A stretch of 63,999 nt of DNA, filler included, from Circinaria calcarea (lineage: Eukaryota): NCBI GenBank assembly GCA_051942165.1. It is 9 parts of 9 records of this genome, joined end to end, with 100 filler letters (N's around TTAATTAATTAA, not from the genome) between each part and the next. Parts side by side here need not be neighbours in the genome. Positions count along the whole stretch, not along the records: positions 7,184 to 14,260 come from JAVECS010001413.1; positions 14,361 to 21,436 come from JAVECS010001414.1; positions 21,537 to 28,609 come from JAVECS010001415.1; 6 more parts are not named here. The stretch is one strand, 5' to 3'. Below the pieces are notes generated by a model that had not been told where the DNA came from, searched no databases, and saw only the letters and a program-made list of their open reading frames with translations. The translations under genes were made by a program, and so were the position numbers. The first letter of the stretch is position 1, and each line of letters opens with the position of its first letter. Of the stretch, positions 13,301-26,052 are shown one piece after another.

Positions 13301-14260
13301 CACCGCCCACCGCCGTCTCGGCCTCTCCCGCGCTACAGAATCCCTGGCTAAACCATACGGCATGCACCTCTTCGCAGACGAAGGCTACCTGATAGAAGAA
13401 TACCGCGACCAAGGCACGCTCCTCGACCTCGTCAACATTGCTCGCGCAGACACGTCCTCATCTTCCAACGGCGTCCTCGACGAAGCCGTCGTCATGTTCT
13501 TCACCATCGAACTCCTCCGCACAGTTGAAGCCCTCCACTCCCAGGGACTCCTGCACGGCGACCTCAAAGCCGACAACTGTCTCGTCCGCCTGAAACCCTC
13601 TCTCGCATCCTCGGGAAACTCCTCCTACTCCCCCACCGGTGCCAACGGCTGGTCCTCCCTCGGCCTCCTCCTCATCGACTTTGGCCGCGGCATCGACCTG
13701 CGCTGCTTTTCCCCCACGGTCCAGTTCATCGCCGACTGGAAAACCGGCACGCAGGACTGCGCCGAGATGCGCGAAATGCGGCCCTGGACCTGGCAGGTGG
13801 ATTACTGGGGCGTCGCGGCGATTGTGCACCTGCTGCTGTTTGGAAAGTGGATCGAGGATGTGGTGGAGAAGCCAACGGAGAAGGCGAACGGGTGCGAAGG
13901 GGACGGCGGCGTTGCCGGGGCGTTGGGAACGGGGGCGAAACGGTACCGGTTGAAAGAGGGGCTGAAGCGGTACTGGCAGGTGGAACTTTGGACTGCCTTT
14001 TTCGAGACCCTCATGAATCCGGGGAGAGTGAACCTGAGCGCGAGCCTGAGTAAAAGCGAAAGCGAGAGTGAAGGTGGAAGCGGGAGCGGGAGCGGGAGCA
14101 TCAACGGAAGCGTCAACGCAAGCGCGAATCAACCCGTCTGGCAGCGCCTGCGCCCAGTCCGCACGGCCATGGAGAGCTGGCTGGAACGGGAGGGCGACAG
14201 GAGGGATCTGAGGGGGAAGTTGCGTCGGTTGGAGGAGAGGTGTCGGGATGGGATGGGGAT
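10359..14260 (+). CDS. BUB1: Spindle checkpoint kinase Bub1/Mad3 (SldA-like, unduplicated MadBub); extreme C-terminus cut by the contig end
   Basis: N-terminal KEN box (HKENIQSLPGGRS), TPR domain (DDPLDIYDRYVKW, YKNDPRYLKLW), GLEBS-like EEYSFEELRA, kinase motifs LGKGAFAPVY, HGDLKADN, IDFGRGID. Introns 11355-11444 and 11914-11967. Confidence 0.95.
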
Positions 14261-14360
14261 NNNNNNNNNNNNNNNNNNNNNNNNNNNNNNNNNNNNNNNN
14301 NNNNTTAATTAATTAANNNNNNNNNNNNNNNNNNNNNNNNNNNNNNNNNNNNNNNNNNNN
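14261..14360. other. Artificial contig linker
   Basis: N44-TTAATTAATTAA-N44. Confidence 0.99.
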
Positions 14361-14403
14361 CTCCTCTTCCCTCCCTCCCCATACGAAACGCGCCGCCAGC
14401 CCT

Positions 14404-14612
14404 GCCAAAAGCCAAAAGCCAAAGCCCCAAAACGTAAATCGTAATCGTAGATCCATCTGTCCATCTAGACCAGCTCAGTGAGAAGCCGAAAGCCGAAAGC
14501 CGAAATCCGATTTAAAGCATAAACCACAATACATGAGGTTGAGGTTCAGGTTTGAATTCAAGGGGTTTGGAGGAATGAGAATGAGAATGAGAAGGACGGG
14601 GACGAGGACGAG
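14404..14612. repeat. Cluster of short simple repeats (GCCAAAA, GCCGAAA, GAATGA, GGACGA units) downstream of RAD57
   Basis: Visible runs of 3-4 tandem copies. Confidence 0.7.
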
Positions 14613-14894
14613 GCGGATTTGAGTTGAGAATTGTGTAGTTACTTGAGGGGGTTTTATAGAGGGTAGAAAGAAGGCTTGGGGAATGTAAGAAATTGAAAAA
14701 GGGAGCTCTGATAGGAAGGAAGGAAGGAAGGAAGAGGAGGGAGGGATATCAAGTGAGATGCTAGAGACGGATGATTTAATGGGAAAGCAACGGATGGATG
14801 GTTTTGTGAGGTTAGAAAAATTGTACACACTATGTATATATACACAATATCCGACTCATCGAGTCTCAGCATTATATACCCATCTGCCCCTTCC

Positions 14895-16407
14895 CTAACA
14901 CTCATCCCACCCCGACCCCTCCTTCTCCTTCCGATTTCGTACTTGTATGGTCCTCACACCGCCCTTCCAAATCTCAAATTCCACGCCCATATCTTCAGCC
15001 CCTACGCCCCTCGCCCATGGCGCGAATACTAACCTCATCCACCGTCGCCAGTGACGGGGAGCCCATTCCGCGCTTTCCCCATCTCCTCCTTCCCTTTGCT
15101 CTCCAGATGTGTGAGATTGGTAGGACAATTCCTTGACAAGAGCGATGCGGCAGGCTATTTGATTCGCCCAGACGAGGCCGAGTGCAGGAGTTTTGAGATT
15201 CTGGTTCTCGGAGGAATGATGAGGGTTCGGTGAGGAGTGAGGATGGAAATGCGGGTTGGAGGATTGGTAAGAGTAGGAAGGCGGAGGGGTATCGCCCCAG
15301 CCGGTGAAGAAACGTTGTTGATGGTCAAGGGAGAGGATGGTATCAAGATCTGGGTTCGAACGGAGGGGTGGGTTGAGGAAGGAAGAGGAAGGGTGGTTTG
15401 GGGTTCCTGGTAAGGGGGAAGAGGAGAGATGATCTGCGATACTCCGGTGGGCGGTGGAAGCGCGAGGGGAGAGAGGGGTAAACCGATCGGCCACTTGATT
15501 CGCAACTACTATTGCGCAGTTGTAATTTCGGGCTAAATCTCGGAGTAGTTGGCCAAGACGGACCAGTTCAGTAGAACGGTGCGCGAGCGCTTGTGGGCCT
15601 GTACCTGTAGATGCTGAAGTAGATGTTTCGGCGCGGTAGTTTGCGGCTATGGAATCGATGACCAAGAGGCCTATGTTATAGCGAGCTAGAGCGACGGGGA
15701 GTTGGTAGGTTAAAATATGTTCTTGAGATTCGAGGTCGGGAGTTTGGAGGGTTAGGATACGTGAAAGGGAGGGCGGAGAGGGGTGAGTGGAGAGGATAGG
15801 GTGGGTAGTTAGTATTTGAGAGAGGCGGGTAGTCGGGAGGGCATGCTCAGTGGAGATGTAGCATGTTGATTTGGAGAGGCCGTGAGGGGAAGGGAGTTGA
15901 GCGGAAAGGAGAAGGGTGAGGAGGAGTTGGGTTTTGCCGGCGCCGCTGGAAGTTTGAGAGGTAGTGTCAGTTGATGTAACCAGGAGGATTGTCTAAGAGG
16001 AAGGGAACGAACCTTTCGCCTGTAATTTCGGTGATGTAGCCTGGGGGTATACCTCCGCCCAAGACTGTGTCGAGGTCATAGTCCAAGGTACTGATGGTAG
16101 TCCATTCTGAGGACAAGTCGTTTCCGGACTTCCTCAGTGTAGTTTCTTTCTTACTACCCTGTGCAACTGGGAGGGTGTAGCTAGGATCATTGTTGACGCT
16201 CAATCCCAGCTGCTGCTGCAATGCAGCAGTGACATGGTTCGCTAGCCTCCGGACATCGAGCACAGGTAAGTGAGCGCGCTTTGCGATTTCGACAGCATCG
16301 AGTGTGAGAAGATCGGTAGTGGTGATGAGATTTTCTTCTAGAGATGGTATCAAATGAATATAAGATTTGGTAGGGAAATCTGGTAAAGTGTTAAGCAGAT
16401 CTGTCAT
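14895..16407 (-). CDS. RAD57: Rad51 paralog Rad57/XRCC3-like DNA repair protein
   Basis: Exons 16407-16013 and 15945-14895. Walker A GESGAGKT is formed across the intron. Also YISTE, Walker B LLVIDS, VVANQV and PALGLVWANQI. Confidence 0.92.
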
Positions 16408-17392
16408 GAGTGACGGAAGATGAAGAAGATCCCGGAATAGGCACAACATTTACCGAGAATTAGGGCTATCACTTGGCAACCTGGTTGGTAAGTCACCGCT
16501 ATGAGCCATTGCTGGAGTATATTGCTACTCTTTCCATCTAGAAACCTTTTTAGATTATAGCACCTACATCGACCAGGTCCGGGGTCACAGTGGCTGTCCA
16601 GAACCTTAACATGAGTTTTTTCGCCGTGGAAGCTTACGCAGATACTGAAATCTAAATTCAAGGCCATGATTGATACATTCCACGTGCCCATGTAGGCTCT
16701 CATGAAGCTTGCATAAAACTAAGCTGCTCAGGCTATTTGACACATACTCGGGCGGTACTGCACTCTAGCAATGGTGCTAATAGTGCTCCAATATAGGAAA
16801 CTTTGGCTGTCAATCTGGTGAGCAGGATTGGCTATGTAGAAGCACCCTAACTGGGTAGGACTGATATCCCATTAAAAGCTTTTGATAATATATGCTCAGA
16901 TACAGAATAGTTGGGCGGAAATAGGGAAATGAACAGTCGATTTCTAGAAAACATAGGAAACCTGGAAACACCGTCTCTATTTCCCATCTAGCCCCACTTA
17001 CCTACCTGTCCAGCACCCAACCACATAGATCTCAAACCTATTTCCATCCAGACACATACACTAGACGCCCCTAACGCATATCAAGCATTTCCAACATGAC
17101 CACGTAGTCTGGCTCTTTAACCCCTTTCCCTCTCGGCCCCCCTTGGCTTCCCTTCCCTCTTTTAGCTCCCTCTTCCTTCCCAAGTAAAATCAAATTACCC
17201 CATAATCTCCCAAAACGCAGGTAACTTCTCACCCTTCCTATAGCCCTCTCCCATTCACTCAGAAACTAGAATATAATAAACTTGAAAATACATAGCCTTG
17301 GATATTCTAGAGTAGGCACGCAATACTGTCTGGCTGGAAGAAAATTGTGGGAAGAAAATGCCATCTTACTTCCTTTTTATATTCAATAGGGA

Positions 17393-17400
17393 TATATAAA
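17393..17400 (+). promoter_or_regulatory. TATA-like element upstream of the tRNA gene
   Basis: TATATAAA lies 38-31 nt upstream of the mature tRNA 5' end, where TFIIIB binds. Confidence 0.5.
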
Positions 17401-17430
17401 AAATCGAGATAGACTCAACCAATCATAACG

Positions 17431-17578
17431 GCATTCTTGGTTTAGTGGGAAAATCCGTCGTTGCCAAAGATTGTCAATTCTAGAGATTTCGACGGGCCGT
17501 AAGCATACTATATCCCAGTTGATTCGTGGAGTTTGAAACTAATCTGTCGGTAGCCGGGTTCGATTCCCGGAGAATGCA
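17431..17578 (+). tRNA. tRNA-Gly(GCC): tRNA-Gly(GCC) with a canonical 22-nt intron (17467-17488) and a second 55-nt GT-AG insertion (17499-17553)
   Basis: Acceptor stem GCATTCT/AGAATGC (7/7). D arm GTTT-AGTGGGA-AAAT. Anticodon stem CGTCG/CGACG with GCC at 17463-17465. Variable loop GGCC. T arm CCGGG-TTCGATT-CCCGG. Discriminator A. The 71-nt spliced product has the same layout as yeast tRNA-Gly(GCC). Confidence 0.93.
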
Positions 17579-17598
17579 AGGCATGATCTTTAAATTTG

Positions 17599-17603
17599 TT
17601 TTT
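17599..17603 (+). terminator. RNA polymerase III terminator (T5) of the tRNA gene
   Basis: TTTGTTTTT about 20 nt downstream of the discriminator base. Confidence 0.65.
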
Positions 17604-17793
17604 GGTGGAGGGTATTATTGTTGATCTTTTACTTTTCTGGACTACTTGATAAAGTTTCTACAAAGACCGGGGATGTCATCATTTTCGATCATTAATCGTA
17701 AAATCTACAACTCCAGATGCCCAATGCTATTTTGTACATTTGAAGCCCAATCCGGTCAAACACCAGCTACTTTTGCTCCTTCTGCGCCAATAA

Positions 17794-19965
<2,172 letters not shown>

Positions 19966-20496
19966 AAAAGAAGGATGATAGTGAAGGAGGACTGCGAACA
20001 TGCAGATGCCGCCTGTAATAAGGTAGAGGAATGCGGACATCTGTTCCTGTAATTACTAAAGAGTCACATCATAGCTCTACATTCATTGTTCAGGAAGATT
20101 CGGCATGCCGTCATACGTCATAAGCGGTTTGGACCATGATCACGGAGGTATTCCCGCTGCTTAATACGATAGCCGTTCTAGACTCTGTTATCGATAAGCA
20201 CAAAACGTCTTTCGATAAGGATCCCTCGCATACCTTAACCGAGGACGTGCCTTTGGGTTACACTTAGTAAGTAGGGTCATCAAACAACCACCTCCCTACG
20301 CATATATCTACATATGAACCCCGTCATTGCAATTGAATTGAACGTCAAGGGATTTCAATTCACTAGGAACCTATTGGCTCTCTCCTCAACACGCTCCTCC
20401 TCTATCACCCAGCCCCATTGCACCCTTCAACCCCCGCTTCGACCAAAGGTCAATAAACATCGCTTGAGGGAGATCGGCACAACAAGAACCGCTAAA

Positions 20497-21436
20497 ATGA
20501 CTACTTTTCACAATGATATCCCATTGTTGAAGCTGAACGATGGTACATCTATTCCTATGGTGAACTTTTCTTCCTGCCGGATTGGATAACTGAGAAAGCT
20601 GAAATATCGGAAGCTCGCATACGGAACAGGAACCGCTTGGTATAAGAAGGACCCCAACGCCAAGCTCGACCGTACATTGGTTGAAGCTATCAAAACTGCC
20701 ATCAAACTTGGTTATCACCATCTCGACGGCGCCGAATTTTACAATACGGAGCCTGAGCTCGGATTGGCCATCAAGGAGAGTAAGATGGAAAGAGAAAAGC
20801 TCTTTGTAACAACAAAGGTCTTTAAGAATATCGGCGATGTCACAAAGGCTATAGATATGAGCCTGGAGAAGCTGCAGCTCGACTACGTTGATCTGTGGGC
20901 GTCCTTGTGACCAATCAAGAAGACCGACGTTTGTTCTGATCGCAAAACAGATACCTGATTCACTCCCCCTCCTTTGCCAAGTCAGACGAAGATTTACAGG
21001 CGGCATGGGCGGCAATGGAGAAAGTGAAGAAAGATGGTAAAGCTAAATCCATTGGCGTGTCAAACTATCTTCAGTCCGATTTCGAAGCTACGCTCAAGAC
21101 GGCTACAATCATTCCAAGCATCAATCAGACCGAGTATCATCCATATCTGCAGCGTGAAGGCCTACTACCTTTCCAACAACAACACAATATCGCAATGGCA
21201 GCGTATGGGCCATTGACCCCTATAACAAAAGGTAAGCCAGGACCATGCGACGAAATACTGGCGTCGCTAGCGAAGAAATATTACGTCAGCGAAGGGGAGA
21301 TTCTTCTCAGATGGTGTATCGACCAAGGAGTGGTTGCCGTCACCACAAGTAGCAAGGAAGAGCGGTTGACGGATTACCTCAGGGCAACTTCATTCAAGAT
21401 GACGCCCAAAGAAGTCAAGGAGATTGCGGAAGCGGG
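20497..21436 (+). CDS. Aldo-keto reductase, 3'-truncated by the contig end
   Basis: Exons 20497-20559, 20614-20894, 20951-end. Motifs LNDGTSIPMLAYGTGT, HLDGAEFY, LFVTTKV, YVDLYLIHSP, SIGVSNY, NQTEYHP. Confidence 0.92.
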
Positions 21437-21536
21437 NNNNNNNNNNNNNNNNNNNNNNNNNNNNNNNNNNNNNNNNNNNNTTAATTAATTAANNNNNNNN
21501 NNNNNNNNNNNNNNNNNNNNNNNNNNNNNNNNNNNN
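21437..21536. other. Artificial contig linker
   Basis: N44-TTAATTAATTAA-N44. Confidence 0.99.
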
Positions 21537-21586
21537 GAATAGGGAAAAGGGAGAAAACAAAGGGGAAGAGGGACGAGGAGGCTTAC

Positions 21587-21623
21587 CGTGGCGGTCGAAG
21601 ATGTAAAAAGAGTAGACGACCAT
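21587..21623 (-). CDS. BET5: TRAPP subunit Bet5/TRAPPC1, first exon only
   Basis: MVVYSFYIFDRH followed by a GTAAGC donor. The contig ends inside the intron. Confidence 0.8.
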
Positions 21624-22033
21624 TTTTGCCTGTCTGTCTGGTGGGAATGCTGGGGACCAAGGGGAGAAGCTCAAGGGGCCTAGAACAAGGTTTGGACAAG
21701 CGCGCGGTTCGGTTGCGGTTCTTTGCTGGGTCCGTGCGAGCCCTATGGTTCTATGCTTTTGCTTTTGGGGTCGCATGCCAATCTCCTTGCTGTTTGACAA
21801 GGTACGACATATGGGAACTACACGTGGCGAACATGCATCCGGTCAATTCTGCACAGTATTGTAAGTGGTGGTTTTGAAAATATTATTGCTACTATCGTCT
21901 CTCCCATCATGACCCTACATGAGCAACGAAGATAGCTAGTGAAGCTCCATCAGTCCTAAAGAAGGCCTTCACCAATGTATCATGCACGCACGCTGCAATG
22001 TAGCAGATCATTAATAACCATACCGTAGTCCCG

Positions 22034-23464
22034 TTAACCCCCCGAGTCATCATTTTCCTTATTTTCGCTTTTCCTCCGTCCATACCCTATGAAACTCGTC
22101 CGCGAACCTGCGCTCAAAATAAAATCCGGAATCGGAGGCGTCAACTCCCTCTTTACAGGTTCTGGCTCTACCGTCTCCACTGCGTCATGAAAATAACTGG
22201 GGGATGATAGGCCCAGTGGACTAGGACTCGAAGGCAAGCTCCCACTTCGCATCCTGTGTAGTACCCGCTGATTAATGCGGAGACCCTCGAAAGAACCTGG
22301 AGCTGCAGTGACAGTGGTACCGGGGGTTGCAGAAGGCGGTGGTGTAGGGCTGTTGGTACGAAATAGCGGATGGATGTGTTCTTCAGCAAAGTCAGCTGAA
22401 TATTGGCGAAATGCGCGAGAATCTGTGGATGCAGACCGCCGGCGTGAACCCGGGCGAGAGTAATTGGGTAGCGGACTAGTGGGTGGATAAGAGGATAGGC
22501 TCTCGGCTGGAACTGGAAAGAAGAAGGGACCCTCAAGCGCTTTGGCGGGAGATGGAGAGCGGGAGCCTGGGATTGGAGCTAGAATGGTAGGGCCGCGAGT
22601 AGTTGGAGAGGAGCGATGGACGGATTCACGGATGTAGGGTGCAACTGCGGAGGTATCCCAAGTATCAAAACCTGAATCCTGGGAGAGGCGCTCAGCAGGA
22701 CAGCTGGTGGAGGTGGACGGCCTGGAGTCACGAGCAAACGATTGCTGATGCGCGAGAAGCTTGGTTTTGGATGCTGATGGATGGACGGTGATGGTCAGGG
22801 ATGAGCGCAGAGACGTGGAGGGTTGGGAATTCTGAGGCGTTGACGGCTGTGATGAGAAGTCGTGCACTTCCTGATACGGATGAGACTGATCTGTCTTGGC
22901 TGTTCCTGGCCGGCTGGTCTCCACCATTTCTTGGGAGTCCGAAGAATTCACCTCTCTCTCGGGGGTGAGATCATTGTTTTCTCTCCGCAAGCGCTTCTGA
23001 TATAAAATGCTGCCGAACAGGACAGCTTGGGCGATGATGGAAACGAACAATACTATGAACGAACAAAGTAGGACGATCCAAGGTCTACGTCCTAGCACAT
23101 TGGAAATTCGGTTGAGTCGAACGCTCATCCATAGCAACGTAGCTAAAGATAGGCCTCCGGCGAGTACCGAGACGATAACGCTTGGGAGAATATCTCGAAG
23201 TCCACGTAAACGCCATCGGTTTTCCGCAACGTGATTTACGAACTCACGCTGCCGATGCCGATGCCTTTGCCGTTGCCGCCAGACCAAGTAGATGGTTGTA
23301 GCCTGAGAGAGAATGAGGAGGACGGCAGAGATAATCGACAAGACCTTTATCGGCTGACGGTCATCGGTCAAGGCGACGGACAGAATGATAAAAAGCCCTA
23401 CAGCAGTTGCTCCGAAAAGTACTGAGATTCCTCCAGCAGGCAATATTAGTCCAGGCGAAAGCAT
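22034..23464 (-). CDS. Hypothetical membrane protein (about 4 N-terminal TM helices, Ser/Pro-rich cytoplasmic tail)
   Basis: Uninterrupted 476-aa ORF with four hydrophobic segments, then low-complexity sequence containing DSGFDTWDTS and EEHIHPLFRTNSPTPPP. Confidence 0.8.
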   Translation of the reverse strand: MLSPGLILPAGGISVLFGATAVGLFIILSVALTDDRQPIKVLSIISAVLLILSQATTIYLVWRQRQRHRHRQREFVNHVAENRWRLRGLRDILPSVIVSVLAGGLSLATLLWMSVRLNRISNVLGRRPWIVLLCSFIVLFVSIIAQAVLFGSILYQKRLRRENNDLTPEREVNSSDSQEMVETSRPGTAKTDQSHPYQEVHDFSSQPSTPQNSQPSTSLRSSLTITVHPSASKTKLLAHQQSFARDSRPSTSTSCPAERLSQDSGFDTWDTSAVAPYIRESVHRSSPTTRGPTILAPIPGSRSPSPAKALEGPFFFPVPAESLSSYPPTSPLPNYSRPGSRRRSASTDSRAFRQYSADFAEEHIHPLFRTNSPTPPPSATPGTTVTAAPGSFEGLRINQRVLHRMRSGSLPSSPSPLGLSSPSYFHDAVETVEPEPVKRELTPPIPDFILSAGSRTSFIGYGRRKSENKENDDSGG

Positions 23465-26052
23465 CGTCCCTGTATAGCAAGCTAATGTCTTTCCTTGTGC
23501 TCGTCCTCATTCACCCAGATGATGCCCTCCCTGTAACTTGATATCTTCACGTGGTATGGTGGGCAGTTGCATGCCGAGTCTAGCACGTCAGAAACCCGAG
23601 TGAAAGCACGACGGCCGTCCCAACACTCCGATTATCTGCGGCTACCACAAGTCTGGCGAGGAACCGGTGGGGAAGGTTGACCTGGGCAAATGGAGGATCA
23701 ATTGCGAGAAGCAGAGGCGGTGAAAGAGACGGAGTCGAGTGGAAAGTTGATGCTGGAGGTATCTGGTATCTTGGAATAAGGTCGGACCCAATGGTTCGTG
23801 AACGAGAGGCTAAGATTGGAGTGTTCAACGACGGCCAACGCGTCGTCGATCAGGCCGGACGCAGTGACGCGCTTTGCAGGCCTTTAGCGGCAGGTCAGGG
23901 AGTAGGGATTGTGCGTTCTTATTCTGAAAATGCCGCAAATGAGTTGGCCGATCTGAAAGATAATATGATCTTGCATATGCTAAGGGATACCATATAGCCG
24001 ACTACCTTAGGACTGACTACCTTAGCCCGACACTCAATGGCAATCGATATTCTCATACCACCGAGAGGGGAAAAGGAACGATTAGGATTCTGACAATGCG
24101 GGGTTCCTGCACCATCGACTGGCCGAGCATCCGGAGATGAAAGCTGAGTGAGATTTGTATTTCCAGCGAAGATGACCGAAAGGATTCTTCAGATGGGTAT
24201 GGCCGAGAGCCGGGGGAGCTCTCTCTTTCACGCGCAGACGGAAGCAAACGATGTTGCATTCGCCATCCTGCCATTGTTATTGCATATCCTGCCTCCTCTA
24301 GACTCAGGCGCAGTCTGTTTACGGAGTACCCTTTGAGACTGGTACGCGTTGAAGGAAGAGACCCTGCCGCGAGATGGCGCATTCCCGGAATTACTCACCC
24401 GCTGCAATCAAACGCTGAAGGTAGTACCGAAGTGCGGAAGTACCTGGGTATTGCGGGGCTGAATGACGGGGAGGATCGATCCCCGGTTTGCCATTTGGAA
24501 TCTTCTCGAGCCTCGAAAGGAGCGAAAAAGAGCAGGCGGTTTCGGTTAACGAGGAAGAAGAGGGTTGGGGGGAACGAGTTTGTGGAGATGGAAAACTTGG
24601 CTATGGCGTAAGAGATGCGCGGTAGATCAGCACGCAAGTAACTGTAGTGAGATCTCCCGGTTCTATTTTAATGCCGCCGAGAACTACTGTAACCCATGTG
24701 GCCTCGACAAAAGAGAAGCCGGCGGCACACCGACCACGCTTGTAACCCGTTTCGGCTCTAGTTGTCCCGACGGGTCGGGAAGACTTTCACCGCATCAGCT
24801 TCCTACTCACGTGTTCCAGGAAACCCTTGCTCATACGTAGTAGATCCCCAAGAGTCCCAGCACCCTCGAGTCCTAATGCTGGCTATCTCGATGGATACAC
24901 GTTTCATAGCTAAGCTCCAGCAATCCCGGGACCCGTGGAGCCCTTGAGGATAATGGATAATGAATGTCCGATGCTTCGGGTTCGCTTGTGCTTCGTACCA
25001 AATTTCTGTCCTCTGTCGCATATGCTCATCCAATCAGAATGGGGCAAAATAGCTTCACAGCTAAGCTCTCCATCGCCAATGCCGAGTACCTATGTGCTCC
25101 CGTAGCGAGATTTGTGCATCAGTTAGAGACTTGTTTCAAGTTTTCCTTTCACTAGGAAACAACTCGATCCACGGTAGCTATAGATGCTAGTAACTTTCCC
25201 AATTGGCCGATCCAAGGTCCTGAAGTCCATCTCGAACGAGGGCTGGAAGGTAAACAACACCTCCTTTATCAGGGGATAAACAAAACTTCAATCTACAATA
25301 GCTCTAACCCGCACATAATGAGTTATCTAGGACCCATCAAACAGCCTCCAATCTGAAGGTCAAGAAATTCAGCTGGCTAGGCGATCCACACCAAACAGCC
25401 CATACCTACACCCACCAACCAAAATTCAGTATCAAGTAGCTAAACATGGGGTCAGCCGTAGGAATTAAATTACTGAGTAGTAAAAGTATCAATAAAGCCA
25501 TTTCTTGCAATGCGTTGCTCGAAATCTGTCTTTGCTGGTCTCCTGTTGAAACAGCCGTGGTGGTTCTGAAGTTGCGTGAAAAAGATGTTCCGGAAGATAT
25601 ACCATAAAGACTCGCAACTACATGAGCATAGAATTTAGAAAGGCACCTCTCTGACAGCTGGAGCCTGACGAGCGGGCTGAAGCGGCGAGGTGTCAAAATG
25701 GGTGGCAGTTCTGAAAAGTCGTTCCTGCTTCCTGCACGCATTTGTAAGGCCAAGCGAATCTGACAGTTTGTCGGACATAACATTAACCGCCGGCCTAGCG
25801 CTTCATCCACCATTCACAAGGGCGGCTAATGACATAAGTGAGCCAGGCATCAAGAAGCTTCGTGAGAGGCTTTTCTCATTCATCACCCTTCCACTACACA
25901 CGTCTATCTGGGCGTTCAACTTTGTCTGAATTCTCAACTTCAACGCAAAACATTCACGTGGTAAAAGAACCACGGATCTAAGTAGCTCGCAGTTTCACGC
26001 AGCTTGACCGTTCGTTGGCGTCTGTTATACCGTTTTTCGGTTGTGGGGCAAG

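Noticed and set aside
13458..14132. Long antisense ORFs over BUB1, and similar ones over APN1, FMP40, the AKR and TBC genes
   Set aside because: Shadow ORFs caused by codon bias of the real gene on the opposite strand.
17499..17553. Reading the tRNA insert as a long variable arm or a BHB-type non-canonical tRNA intron
   Set aside because: tRNA-Gly is class I, 59 nt far exceeds variable-arm size, and I see no convincing stem or bulge-helix-bulge at the junctions. GT/branch/AG signals fit exactly. A dead insertion cannot be excluded without RNA data.
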